DNA of 64,000 nucleotides from Flaviaestuariibacter sp. (GCA_025963645.1 JAOQAI010000015.1:137827-201826); one strand, 5' to 3'. Shown: positions 48,429 through 59,813, counted from the first letter of the stretch. A program made the numbers and translations. The notes: generated by a model not told the origin, from the letters alone.

Positions 48429-49556
48429 ATGGCAGGTAATAAAAGCATTTTTGAATTTGCTGAAAAATTCGGGTATGAAAGTCCCTGGGACAGCTGGTTC
48501 CCGGAGAAGCAATCTGCCTCCACCCGTGCAAAGATTACAGAAGCAAGGATTGAAAAAGCTGCCCTGAATCCATTTCCTAATTTTATTAAATCCGAACCAC
48601 CAAAGGATTCATATGTTATTGTGCCCGTTATAATAAAGGTTGGTATTTACGGGGAAGCATCCAGGGTTATCATTTCCAGCGATGGGCAAACCAAAATAGC
48701 ATCGAAAGGAGGGTCTACTGTAAATACCTATGAAGCTGTCTTCAATGTAAGGGTGCAAAAATCTTTCATTAAAACGGATCAGAGCAATGCACAGGGGGTT
48801 GAATTTAAAATAGTCGTCACCGATAGCCATTCCAAGACGGTCAGTGATACACGGTATCTTAAAACGGTTATGGATACGCGTGGCAACATCACAGATTCGG
48901 AAAACCAAACTGCCAATGAGCATTGGCTAAACTGTAACTTCAGACTGAACAATCACTTCCTCGCTGGTTCTAATGTGGCTACCTCTCGTACGGATAGTCT
49001 GGTCAAACCGGGGGGCACGTTAAAAACTCCTGTCAAAGCCATCGTTTTGCACAGAACGGTGGGGACAAGTATTTCAGGAGCTATTAGCCATAGCAAAGGG
49101 ACCCACTTTTACGTGGAAGGAGGGAGGAAGGGAAAAGACGGTGAAGTATTTCAGGCCATTTCGCTCAAGAAAAGCAGCAATCATATTTTTGATACAGATG
49201 ATCGGATCGGTCATCTGGATGTTAAAACAGATAATTCTATCGGGATAGAAGTGGTGGGTTTGGCATACCTTAAAAAGGATGGCAAATATTATAAAAATGT
49301 CACCGGCCAACCTGAAATTACTTCAGTGCCACCTTTGTCTAAAGAGTATGTTGATATTAATGGAAATAAGAACTATTGGGACGCCCTGACCGAAGCGCAA
49401 ATAAAATCCTTGGTTTGTCTTGTCAAATTATTGATGCAAGAGTTTTCGATTCCTTCGGATATGATACTTACACACGAAGAGATTCAACGCAAAACTGCTG
49501 GGGAGGGCCAGGCGGTTAAAGATGCTATCTTTTCCTACTTAATGGCCGATCAATAA
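48429..49556 (+). CDS. N-acetylmuramoyl-L-alanine amidase (Amidase_2-like) with unknown N-terminal domain
   Basis: AIVLHRT, HFYV, NSIGIEVVG, TEAQIKSL, ILTHEEI. Confidence 0.85.
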   Translation: MAGNKSIFEFAEKFGYESPWDSWFPEKQSASTRAKITEARIEKAALNPFPNFIKSEPPKDSYVIVPVIIKVGIYGEASRVIISSDGQTKIASKGGSTVNTYEAVFNVRVQKSFIKTDQSNAQGVEFKIVVTDSHSKTVSDTRYLKTVMDTRGNITDSENQTANEHWLNCNFRLNNHFLAGSNVATSRTDSLVKPGGTLKTPVKAIVLHRTVGTSISGAISHSKGTHFYVEGGRKGKDGEVFQAISLKKSSNHIFDTDDRIGHLDVKTDNSIGIEVVGLAYLKKDGKYYKNVTGQPEITSVPPLSKEYVDINGNKNYWDALTEAQIKSLVCLVKLLMQEFSIPSDMILTHEEIQRKTAGEGQAVKDAIFSYLMADQ

Positions 49557-49832
49557 TTAGGAAAGATGAACCCCAAAAGGATATAGGATTAAGAGTGTCA
49601 TAAAGCTTCCCTTTAAACTGAAAATTTGTAATGCAAAGCTATTCACCTACCCCGCTGCAAATTTTATGATGGAAATGAACTCTAAAACCATTTATAGCTT
49701 CTTCCCACACATTGGGACCTTAAGCTTCAATTGTCACACGTCCTAACACAATGACCTAAGTTCCAATTGTAAAAAAGTAAAGTTCGGAGTTAGAGAACAC
49801 TCTGCTTAGAGGGGAAAGGGTCATAAGGCCCT

Positions 49833-51044
49833 TCAATTATTCTTACCTAATAAGACATTCAACTTTTGCCTCGTTTCGGAAATTTCTGTAATGGACAATG
49901 CTTTCTGATACCAGGCGATAGCGTTTTTTTTGTCACCCATAGCATTATAATAATCGCCGAAAGAGTCTTTTAGATTTGCATCCCCGGGATAATGGAGCAC
50001 ATTACTTTCAAATAGTTTCTTTGCTATGTCAAATTGCTTCTCCCTCAACGCACGATAGCCTAGGCTGTTAATTAATGATGCATCGGGCAACACTTCGTAA
50101 CCCAGTTGCTTTGAAATAGTACTATAATGTTGGGTAATCAATGAGAGTAGATTAGGGTTCTGGGTACTATAACTTGAATATTTAGGCAGTGGATAATAGT
50201 CAAAGATGAACCGGAGGGCATCATAGGCTGAAATAAAAGAAACGGTACCATGGCTTTCCTTTTCATAGTATGCATGATCGAATCGTAAATTATTGTCATG
50301 ATGTTGTTTAATAGAATGGATTAAGTCAAGATTATACCGGATAAGTTCTGTATTATCAGATGTATCTGATTGAACAGCTGCGGTGTCTACCCCTTTTTCC
50401 ATGCGGTTAGCAATAGTCAAAAACAATGTTTTATTTTGATAGCTGTCTTTTTTTAGAGCAAGTTTGGCTTCTTTTAAAATTTTATGATTATCCCACCAGA
50501 TTGATGCATCAATCGAAATATAAGCGTTAAATAAATGCTTATGGTGGACTAGGGTTTGTATCACCATTAATCCACCAAGGGAATGCCCCATAAAAAGCTT
50601 GTAAGGGGCCGTGGGATAGGACGAATCCATATAGGGAATCAATTCTTTTTCTATGAAGGAAAGGAATCGCTCACCCCCGCCTGAACCATCTATTCCATTA
50701 CTACTACTTGGGGATGCCGTAGGTGTTAAATCTCTGACCCTATTAGTATTTGATATACCGACGACAATCATAGGCGGGCAAACTCCACTGACAATCATAC
50801 TTTCAACAATTGCTGCAACTGAGCGAAAATGGCTTTCTCCATCTAATACATATAATACAGGGTATGTGTTCTTCGAGGGGAGTTTCACCTTTTTACCAGA
50901 GTAGGGTGTATATACCAACAACTGGCGCTGTTGATTAAGTAGGGCAGACTGGATACTATCAGCAAAACCCAGCGTAAAGTCTGTTTGTGATCGGACTTCT
51001 GAAAACGAATAAGTAAAGAATGCAAGAAAAATAAGTTGCTTCAT
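49833..51044 (-). CDS. Secreted alpha/beta esterase (IroE/BesA-like) with C-terminal TPR
   Basis: YPVLYVLDG, RVRDLTP, GHSLGG, ESHG; INSLGY..DSFGDYY..AIAWYQKAL. Confidence 0.92.
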   Translation of the reverse strand: MKQLIFLAFFTYSFSEVRSQTDFTLGFADSIQSALLNQQRQLLVYTPYSGKKVKLPSKNTYPVLYVLDGESHFRSVAAIVESMIVSGVCPPMIVVGISNTNRVRDLTPTASPSSSNGIDGSGGGERFLSFIEKELIPYMDSSYPTAPYKLFMGHSLGGLMVIQTLVHHKHLFNAYISIDASIWWDNHKILKEAKLALKKDSYQNKTLFLTIANRMEKGVDTAAVQSDTSDNTELIRYNLDLIHSIKQHHDNNLRFDHAYYEKESHGTVSFISAYDALRFIFDYYPLPKYSSYSTQNPNLLSLITQHYSTISKQLGYEVLPDASLINSLGYRALREKQFDIAKKLFESNVLHYPGDANLKDSFGDYYNAMGDKKNAIAWYQKALSITEISETRQKLNVLLGKNN

Positions 51045-52047
51045 TTATTTAGTGATTTAAAAAGTAATTGTAATTATTTCGTTTCCCCTCCAATAAAATA
51101 ATTTAATTGTACTTGTTGATCATTATACAAAATGTGATTTCTGAGGATTTATTCCGGGTTTTGTTGGTATGGTAAATTCAGTACAATGAAAATCCAAAAT
51201 CACTTGCTTTGATTTACCCGTATAATCACTTCGGAAATTGATTTTTAGTCGCGATTCAAAATAAAAAATGGTGCGTTGGTGTTCTTGGGAAAACTGTCTT
51301 CCTATTTGACGCAGCTGATTCTGCAAGAAAATTCATGCTTTTGCGAGCAATACTTAACCCTAGTATAGGCATTCTTATTATTATTTTTTTCTGTCATTAA
51401 TAGGGTCAAAAATACTTAGTCAAAATTTCGAACTCATTAACTTTAGTTAATAAGCATAATTCTAGAAAAAAGCTGATTGCATACAATTTTGTAAAAGGTG
51501 CATTTTAGGCTTCTATTTTGTGAAGTGCTAATCAAAGCTCTGGGTTTTATTGAGGTTTTACTAAAGTTCACCGAGTTGCCATAGCGTCAAAGCGATATAA
51601 CTAATTATTTGCGATTACTGAAACTGTGCAAATGAAGACAAAAAGATTCATTTTTTTATCCAGTTACATTTAAGGATTTAAAATCTGAAAAAAAGATATC
51701 CATTGCTATATATCTATACCCGGACGAATATGTACCTTGTTTTTGATGTTTTTGCTTTTGGAAAGACTATTATTTTCATTATAATTGCTTTGCTCTCTAA
51801 ATTTAAAAGCTCTGATATAACAGGGGTATTCGGTACAAAATGCCACTTACTAACTATGAAGATGTAGGACTAGTGGAAAGCAAAATATTTTTATCCCAAG
51901 ATAAACGTATGGTGATCAGATTGGTGCTATAGATACTGAGGATAAGGAATTAGCTGCTACGTACTAAGAGAAACAACCGGCGCCTATAGTACATATAACA
52001 GGGGTTAATGATTAATCTATTTGTTTACTTTGGTTATATCACTTTAA

Positions 52048-53492
52048 ATGAAAACAGTACACAAAAAGCATAAGTATCTTCAGATTGCTGAGAAGATTGA
52101 GGAATTAATAAACGATGAAACCCTTAAAATTGGCGAGAAATTGCCATCAATCAGAACGGTCAGTACAGAGCAGGGTATCAGTATGGGAACTGCTTTTCAG
52201 GCGTATTATAATCTGGAAGCAAAAGGGCTGATTGAAACAAGACCCAAATCGGGCTATTATGTACGTCTCAACAATGTAAGATTTCCTTCATTGCCAAAGG
52301 CACATCCCCTGGAACCTATCGTTAATGAAGGCAGCGTACAGGAAATGATTGATGCGGTATTTAAACATTTGGGAACTAAAGACTTAATAAATTTTTCCAT
52401 TGGCTCCCCATCAATGACCTTGTTGCCTGTTGCCAAGCTAACTAAATCGATTGTGCATGCCTTCCGTAGTTCTCCACATAATTGCATCGCTTACGAGGAC
52501 ATTCAAGGTAACCCTGAACTGAGGAAACAGATTGCCAAATTGTCTTTCAATTGGGGAGGTCGTACCAAGCCGGATGACGTCGTGGTAACTTCTGGCTGTA
52601 TGAAGGCATTGGTCATGTGCTTAAAGGCAGTAACAAACATAGGTGATGTAGTTGCGATAGAAAGCCCCACCTTTTTTGGTATATTTCAGTTGATCCAAAG
52701 CCTGGGATTAAAAACTATAGAAATTACAACTGATCCTTTTGAGGGTATCGATCTAAAGTACCTTGAAAAGACTATTAAAAAGTTTAAAGTCAAAGCTTGT
52801 GTCTTTGTTACCAACTTTAATAACCCGTTGGGTAGCTGTATGCCTGATAATAAAAAGAAAGAATTAGTAGAGGTGTTGGCTAAATATCAGCTCCCTTTAA
52901 TCGAGGATGATATTTATGGTGAATTATACTATGGTAAACAACGGCCTAAAACCTGTAAAAGTTATGATACGGAAGGATTGGTTTTATACTGCTCGTCCTT
53001 TTCTAAATCATTAGCCCCCGGTTATCGCGTTGGGTGGTGCATACCCGGAAAGTTTACCGATAAAGTAAAACAACTAAAACAGATCCATACAGTTGCAAGT
53101 ACAACCATTACCCAAGTGGCGATTGCCCACTTTCTGCAGATAGGGAGATTCGAATATCACTTAAGAAGTCTTAGAAAGTCCTTGCATACCCAATGCTTTC
53201 GGTATACGCAGGCTATTTTAGCGTACTTTCCAAAAGACATCAAAGTAAGCCGACCCAAGGGTGGATTTGTTTTATGGATCGAATTACATGTAAACGTGAA
53301 TTCTTTTGATCTTTGTCAAAGGGCTATCAGGCAGGGTATTTCTATTGCACCGGGTAGAATCTTTTCCGCTGATGAAAAGTACCGGAATTATCTTCGGATA
53401 GCTATAGCAGGCCTTATGATCCGGACGTAGACTATGGTCTAAGAGTTCTGGGTGAACTGGTCCATAAATTAACCAGGGCACCTGCTCGTTAA
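52048..53492 (+). pseudogene. MocR/GabR-type regulator with frameshift near 53400
   Basis: Paralog of 35939-37369; alternate frame continues SYSRPYDPDVDYGLRVLGELVHK to TAA 53492. Confidence 0.85.
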
Positions 53493-53645
53493 GTAGGGCT
53501 TTTACAAGGTATATCCAGTAAAGGATAGAATATTCTGAAGTCGAAATGTGCGTTTTGCAGTAAACGGTTTCAACCGTTTGATAGCAAAAAGTTGTTGAAA
53601 TGCAGGTTTCGCAGAAACGCTGATACAAATCAAACGGAAGTAAAA

Positions 53646-53984
53646 ATGGTAAAATCCATTAAAAACGCAGAGCATTACACCTGGGGAGGCAGTTGTGATG
53701 GTTGGCATTTAATAAAGACAGATCCTTTAAGTGTTATTCAAGAAAGAATGCCAAAAGGGTCGGCAGAAGACTTTCACTTTCACAACATGGCACAACAAGT
53801 TTTTTATATTCTTTCAGGAGTGGCTACTTTTTATATCGACCATAAAGAATTTATTGTTTGTGCAAATGAAAGTATTTATGTTCCCCATAGCACCATTCAC
53901 AAGATCATGAATAATTCAGAGGATGATCTGCACTTTCTTGTTATATCCGCTCCGAAAGCACATGGAGACAGGGTCACCGTCTAA
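53646..53984 (+). CDS. Cupin domain protein
   Basis: HFH..QVFYILSG..H; start ATG 53646. Confidence 0.9.
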   Translation: MVKSIKNAEHYTWGGSCDGWHLIKTDPLSVIQERMPKGSAEDFHFHNMAQQVFYILSGVATFYIDHKEFIVCANESIYVPHSTIHKIMNNSEDDLHFLVISAPKAHGDRVTV

Positions 53985-54157
53985 GTTTCATTTATTAGGA
54001 CGGTTCACTATGAGTACTATGTAGTTCCCGCCTAACATTACCTCCGCTTGGCTGAAAAAGGAAACCAAAATAGGTTTGTCAAGGGCAACTGATATAGCCA
54101 GTTTTTAAAAAACTGCATCTGTTTTTTTACTCCTGCATTAGTCATATTTGCACTATC

Positions 54158-54553
54158 ATGGACAACGGAAATTTGGCGTTCGGAATTCCCTTTCAAAGCA
54201 TAGATTGGAACACCATTGAAAAAGTAGTGTACAAAGGGGAAAGGGGTGCTGCCTACTGGCAAACCCTTCATTATGCGGGACTTCGAATTCGTGTGGTAGA
54301 ATATTCAGCGGATTATTTTGCGGATCATTGGTGTAGAAAAGGGCATTTCGTGCAGTGCCTGGAGGGAGAGTTTCTTTCACAAATGGAGGACGGAAGCAAT
54401 GTTCATTTGAAAAAAGGCATGAGTTATATCGTATCTGACGAACTTAGCTCGCATCGCTCCCTTTCCATCACCGGAGCCACCTTATTAATAATCGATGGAG
54501 ACTTCCTAAAAATTAATCATCCGGGGCTTAATATGGATTTGTTGTCTGAATAA
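54158..54553 (+). CDS. DHCW-motif cupin-fold protein
   Basis: ADHWCRKGH..CLEG, GMSYIVSD..HRS. Confidence 0.9.
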   Translation: MDNGNLAFGIPFQSIDWNTIEKVVYKGERGAAYWQTLHYAGLRIRVVEYSADYFADHWCRKGHFVQCLEGEFLSQMEDGSNVHLKKGMSYIVSDELSSHRSLSITGATLLIIDGDFLKINHPGLNMDLLSE

Positions 54554-54653
54554 GAGGAAACGATGAAGAATCCTAAGAAAAGTCATGCAACCTGTAACAA
54601 TCTGGAAATATTGGCATCTAAAAAGCAATCCTATCAGGAGTAAAACTTACAAA

Positions 54654-55259
54654 ATGAAAATTCTTTTATCCTTCTTAATGTTATCCTTCATATCCTGTGG
54701 ACAGGAAAACAATAAATCCAATAATGAAAGTACCAGGGAGCAAATGACAGACACGGTAAAACATAACGGTCTTTCCGCAAAAGATACATTACTAAGGGCT
54801 GCCCCACCTGCGGATTCCACAGCGCAAATATTGAATGAGCGCTTAAAAACAGTATTCGATGGAAAGCTTCATATTTTGACTGACAAAGAAGCAAAGTGGA
54901 ATAAGGAGGACCTTGATTTTATTATTCTTCCTGCCAGGAAGAAGGACCCCCTGTTTCCCATTATTGCAAAAGGAGACTTTAATTGGGATGGAAAGGAAGA
55001 TTATGTGGCACTCGTAAGTGACGTAACCAATAGTATCTATCGTGTTGCCATATTCCTGAATTCAGGTAAAGTGATCGTTTGGAAAGAAGATGTAAAAGGC
55101 GCAGGTATTGAAACCTATAAATCTCCTGATTTAAAGAATTTATCCGGTAATAAGATCGTATTAAAAGGTAATGGCATTTTAGTTCAATGGTTTGAATCCA
55201 GTTCCTATGTTATTTACTGGAACGGAATGGAATTTACCAGAGAGTGGACCGGGGATTAA
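54654..55259 (+). CDS. Lipoprotein with FG-GAP-like GDFNWDGKEDY motif
   Basis: Lipobox FISCGQ from ATG 54654. Confidence 0.75.
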   Translation: MKILLSFLMLSFISCGQENNKSNNESTREQMTDTVKHNGLSAKDTLLRAAPPADSTAQILNERLKTVFDGKLHILTDKEAKWNKEDLDFIILPARKKDPLFPIIAKGDFNWDGKEDYVALVSDVTNSIYRVAIFLNSGKVIVWKEDVKGAGIETYKSPDLKNLSGNKIVLKGNGILVQWFESSSYVIYWNGMEFTREWTGD

Positions 55260-55295
55260 TTCAGATCCCAATTAGCGATCCTTAAAAAGACAGGT

Positions 55296-55871
55296 ATGAA
55301 TCCTTTTGATTTGTTTTCCAATTGGTATCGCGAGGAACTTGAAAGAAATACTAATGCTATTCCTGCCGCCTGCTGTTTATCAACCGCTGGCTTAGATGGC
55401 TATCCTAATGCCCGATTTGTTGCCTTAAAAGAAGTTAAGGACGAGAGTTTCATATTAACAGGTTCTCTTCAAACGCGTAAAGGAAAGGAAATAACTATGT
55501 CCTCTAAAATAGCCCTCACATTTTGGTGGACAAATACACAACGGCAGGTGAGGATACAAGGTGAAGCAACACTACTTTCCAATCAAATGGCAGATGGTTA
55601 TTTTCAAGCAAGACCCATGGATGCCCAGATCATTTCTACAATCAGTAAACAAGGGCAGGCGTTGGAGAATCCCGAATTGTTGCAACGTCAGTTTTATGCA
55701 TTTGAAAGACCAGTGGAAAGAGCATTCATTCCTCGTCCACCAGATTGGGGCGCATATATGGTTAAGCCTATTCGATTGGAGTTTATGGCATTTAAGAACA
55801 GCAGGTTTCATGAAAGAGTATTGTATCAATTGGACCATGGAAAATGGGTCACAAGCCTGCTTCAACCCTGA
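55296..55871 (+). CDS. pdxH: Pyridoxine/pyridoxamine 5'-phosphate oxidase
   Basis: LST..PNARFVALK, RKG, FWW..RQVRIQG, YF.ARP, RPPDWG, EF..RFHER. Confidence 0.9.
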   Translation: MNPFDLFSNWYREELERNTNAIPAACCLSTAGLDGYPNARFVALKEVKDESFILTGSLQTRKGKEITMSSKIALTFWWTNTQRQVRIQGEATLLSNQMADGYFQARPMDAQIISTISKQGQALENPELLQRQFYAFERPVERAFIPRPPDWGAYMVKPIRLEFMAFKNSRFHERVLYQLDHGKWVTSLLQP

Positions 55872-56008
55872 TTCTATTATCAAGGTCCGGCTTCCTTTTT
55901 AAATAAATTTCTTTTAAACGTTTTTGGCATAAGTCCCTCCTCTCTTTTTCTGTATTAAAGCTGTAAATGATAATAGCGAACTCTATATAAAAAAAGATCT
56001 AAAAGGGC

Positions 56009-56839
56009 ATGGAAATTAAAACCTATATCGTTGACGCTTTTACCAATGAGCCCTTCAAGGGCAACCCCGCTGGAGTTTGTTTGATAGAAGAAGAAATAGA
56101 AGCGCATTTAATGCTTTCCATTGCACAGGAACTAGGGCTGTCGGAAACAGCTTTTGTCAGGCGGATGGCAGATGATCATTTTTCTATTCGGTTCTTTTCC
56201 CCAAAAATGGAGATACCCCTGTGCGGGCATGCTACCCTGGCATCTTCAAAAGTCCTGTTTGAGAGGTTCCCTGCACTTCAGAAAATTCAGTTCAGTAACA
56301 TCCAGAAACTGGACCTTGTTATTACAAAAGAAGGAAATGATATCGTCATGCAATTTCCGGTTTATGACACGAAGCCTTCCACCTTCCCTGATGCATTAAG
56401 GCATGCCCTCGGAATTCAAAGTATTACGAATTGTGAATACAATAAAGAGTTCAAGGTCCTGGTTTTGGAAATTGATGACAGCGAAGTGCTTGGTAATCTA
56501 AAGCCTGATTTTGAAGCATTGTGTAAGTCCCATACGGGTATTAATGGCGTTGTGGTTACGACATTATCAAATAGAAGGGATTTTGATTTTGAGTCACGTT
56601 ATTTCTGGCCCTGGAGTGGAACCAATGAAGACCCGGTAACCGGCGGTACACACACGTTTTTAACGAAATACTGGAGTAAAAAACTGGGTAAGAAAAAAAT
56701 GCGTTCCTATCAGTGTTCCCAAAGAAGCGGCCATATGGAAGTTGCGTTAATAGACGATAAAAAGATGACGATCAAAAGCAATGCGCATATTATACTTAAC
56801 GGGGCCATTAAAATGCAAAGTGTAAATCATGATAACTAA
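56009..56839 (+). CDS. PhzF-family isomerase
   Basis: VDAFT..GNPAGV, LSETAF, LCGHATL, EDPVTG. Confidence 0.95.
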   Translation: MEIKTYIVDAFTNEPFKGNPAGVCLIEEEIEAHLMLSIAQELGLSETAFVRRMADDHFSIRFFSPKMEIPLCGHATLASSKVLFERFPALQKIQFSNIQKLDLVITKEGNDIVMQFPVYDTKPSTFPDALRHALGIQSITNCEYNKEFKVLVLEIDDSEVLGNLKPDFEALCKSHTGINGVVVTTLSNRRDFDFESRYFWPWSGTNEDPVTGGTHTFLTKYWSKKLGKKKMRSYQCSQRSGHMEVALIDDKKMTIKSNAHIILNGAIKMQSVNHDN

Positions 56840-57275
56840 TTCACTGATAGCCCTTTTTAAAGAAGATTTGGGTATCCTTAAAAGGGAAATTGAATCTTAC
56901 CGGGTCGAAAAAAACCTATGGAAGGTGAGCGAAGGGATTTCGAATTCAGCTGGTAATTTGTGCCTGCACCTTATTGGAAACCTCAATACCTATATCGGCG
57001 TGGTCTTTGGCAAAACATCCTATATAAGGCAACGCGACCTGGAATTCTCCTTGAAGAATGTGCCCAGGGTAACGCTTTTGCAGCAACTTGAAGAGGTGAG
57101 TATGGTAGTTGAGAGGGCATTGAATTGCTTGGCAGATAGCCAATTCGAGGTCCCGTATCCACTAGCGGAGCAGGAAAAGCCGACAAATAACGGGTATATG
57201 CTGATACACCTGGTAAGCCACTTGAACTATCACCTTGGCCAGATTAATTACCACCGGAGGGTATTTGACGTATGA
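56829..57275 (+). CDS. DinB-family protein
   Basis: NSAGNLCLHLIGNL, RQRDLEF, HLNYHLGQI. Confidence 0.9.
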   Translation: MITNSLIALFKEDLGILKREIESYRVEKNLWKVSEGISNSAGNLCLHLIGNLNTYIGVVFGKTSYIRQRDLEFSLKNVPRVTLLQQLEEVSMVVERALNCLADSQFEVPYPLAEQEKPTNNGYMLIHLVSHLNYHLGQINYHRRVFDV

Positions 57276-57975
57276 GACGGATCGCTTTTTTAACGGATAT
57301 TCATCTACACGAAGCTTTTCCTTTGGGAAAGAAAGTCACTCCGGAAAAGAATTTAGAGGTGATTATGGCAGATCTGTGGAAGAAAGGTATTCAGGAAATA
57401 GTTTTTGGAGGGGACATCGGAGAATCTTCTGCCCATCCTTACTTTTTTCAAAGAATAAACAATTACCCATTAAAAGTAATCCTGGGCAATCATGACTGCT
57501 TTAAAACGGTATCGGATTATTTTAATAAAAGTGATAAAAGGGACGAGTTATATTATCAAGAAGAAGATGAACATTTCAAGTATCTCTTCCTGGATTCTTC
57601 TTCTGATACCATAAGTGACAGTCAATTGGAATGGTTGCGCGTGGAATTGGAAACAATTAAAAAGGTAATCCTTTTTATACATCATCCAGTTATCGAAATT
57701 GATACTCCTGCAGATAAGTTATTTCCTTTAAAAACAGGTTATTGCTAAGAGACCTGTTAGTTGAAAAGAAAAAGGAGGTTGCCATATTTTGTGGGCACTA
57801 TCATATGGAGGATGAGTGTAGCTATAAAAACATAAAACAATTCACAACTCCATCTTTATCATTTCAACTGGTAAAATATGCGACTGGGTTAAAAGTGGAC
57901 AATACCACTTTTGGTTACCGAATAATAGAAATTGAAGGCGGGGATATGCATACCAAGGTTATCTATTACACATAA
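57272..57975 (+). pseudogene. Icc/CpdA-like metallophosphoesterase split by a frameshift near 57730
   Basis: DIH, GGD, GNHD, HHP in the first ORF; GHYH in the second; one extra A in ttaaaaacagg fuses them. Confidence 0.88.
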
Positions 57976-58670
57976 CCTAAGTATGCAATGATCAGTTGAG
58001 GATAAAAAATATTGATCATGGGTAGGAAGAAATTTTCGTTTCTTTCTTGGCATGTTTCTGCTTTTGGAAAAGATCAACTTATTTGTTTTCTTGTTTCCGA
58101 CCGCTTTCTTTAGCAAAATAGGCGCCGGCGACAGCCATGAGTCCTAAGTAGATGGATCAGTGGGCCCGCATGGATTATCTTTATTCCACTCAAATAAAGG
58201 TGGTATTAATAAAATAATTCCAAATATTCTATCAATCGGAATCTTTTACTTGGCTTTTGGCATTTCCATAATTGAGTCTTATACTGTTAACTAGCCTTTA
58301 TTAGGATTAGTATATTACACCTTGGCTTGGATAAGTGATAATTTATTGTAACTGCAGGGAATTAAAGAATTGGTTCTTAAGATCATTATCCTCTCCTTTT
58401 GTACCGCGAGTTTACGATAACTGAATAGGGAAATGTTTATAAAACACGGCCCTTACTACAAAGGAAGTCACTGTACTCTTGGTGCGCATTTCAACAATAA
58501 ACAGGTAAAAGTTTGCCCCTTTATTGAAGAAAAAGGTTTTATAGATTTATTAAAACACCTTGATCGGGAGTTATACAGGTGGAGCAATTCATTATGGTTC
58601 TGGCTGAAAAACCGGTTCAATATGGCGCTGCTTGTGAAAAACCGGTGTAAATTACAACAGACAGGAACTT

Positions 58671-59246
58671 ATGGAAGATAAAATAATACAATTTATTAAG
58701 AGGTACATTGATCTTTCTGATGCCGAGGCAGATATAGTCAGAGACAGCAGTCATATTGAATCTTTTAAGAAGAATGATATCTTATTGTCTGAAGGGGAGT
58801 ATTCCAAAAATCATTATTTCATTTTAAAAGGGTGTGTTAGAACTTATTACATCATCGATGGTAATGAGAAAACAACAGAGTTTTATACTGAAAATCAATC
58901 AATCGTTCCAGCCAGTATGGTAACGAAAGAGCCATCTGAGTATTTTATTTCTTGCCTTGAAGATTGCACAATCGCTATTGGTTCAGAAGAAAGAGACCTG
59001 GTGTTGATCGAACGCATTCCGAAACTCAAAAACCTGATCATGAAATCGGATATCCAGGTAAGGATACATAATCAGGTGATGTTTGATAACTTCAAAAGTA
59101 AAACTCCTGAGATGCGGTACCATTTCCTGCTGGATACAAGACCTGACTTGTTCAATAGGGTTCCGCTTCATCAATTAGCTACCTATCTGGGTATTACTCC
59201 TGTTTCCTTAAGCAGGATGCGCAAAAGAATTTCAACAAAACGATAG
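58671..59246 (+). CDS. Crp/Fnr-family transcriptional regulator
   Basis: YFILKGCVRTY, PEMRY, LATYLGITPVSLSRMR. Confidence 0.93.
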   Translation: MEDKIIQFIKRYIDLSDAEADIVRDSSHIESFKKNDILLSEGEYSKNHYFILKGCVRTYYIIDGNEKTTEFYTENQSIVPASMVTKEPSEYFISCLEDCTIAIGSEERDLVLIERIPKLKNLIMKSDIQVRIHNQVMFDNFKSKTPEMRYHFLLDTRPDLFNRVPLHQLATYLGITPVSLSRMRKRISTKR

Positions 59247-59348
59247 TAAGCGGGGTTCTACTGCTTTTTTTTATTAATTATCCAAGGTTAAGTTTTATAA
59301 AAAACTGGCGGGCTACGTTTGTGTCCGAATTTATTCAACCTCAAAAGA

Positions 59349-59813
59349 ATGAAACCGCTAATAGTTTTAATAGGTGTATTTGGGATCACCTTGGTGGTAA
59401 CCAAAATATTTCAGGGCAGGTACAAATTCCTTTTATCTGGCAGAATAGCATTGTCAGCAATGCTTGTATTTACGGCTATGGCACATTTTGCTTTTACCCA
59501 AGGAATGACAATGATGCTACCCTCATTCATTCCATATAAAACTGAAGTGATTTATTTGACTGGAGCAATTGAATTTGCGGCTGCAATCGGAGTTCTTATT
59601 CCAAGATTAAAAGCTGTCACGGCTTTCCTTTTAATTGTTTTTTTTCTACTTATACTTCCTGCAAATATTTATGCGGCATTGAACCACATTAACTACCAGA
59701 AAGCAACCTATGATGGCAGTGGGACAAATTACTTATGGGTAAGAATTCCCCTGCAAATGCTCTTCATGCTGTGGACGTACATATTTGTAATAAAATTTTG
59801 GAAGCCAGGATAA
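59349..59813 (+). CDS. DoxX-like membrane protein
   Basis: AHF..MLP, TGAIE, PANIYAA, YLWVRIPLQ; start ATG 59349. Confidence 0.85.
   Translation: MKPLIVLIGVFGITLVVTKIFQGRYKFLLSGRIALSAMLVFTAMAHFAFTQGMTMMLPSFIPYKTEVIYLTGAIEFAAAIGVLIPRLKAVTAFLLIVFFLLILPANIYAALNHINYQKATYDGSGTNYLWVRIPLQMLFMLWTYIFVIKFWKPG

Noticed and set aside
58433-58681. 82-aa ORF upstream of the Crp gene
   Set aside because: No motif; overlaps the likely promoter region
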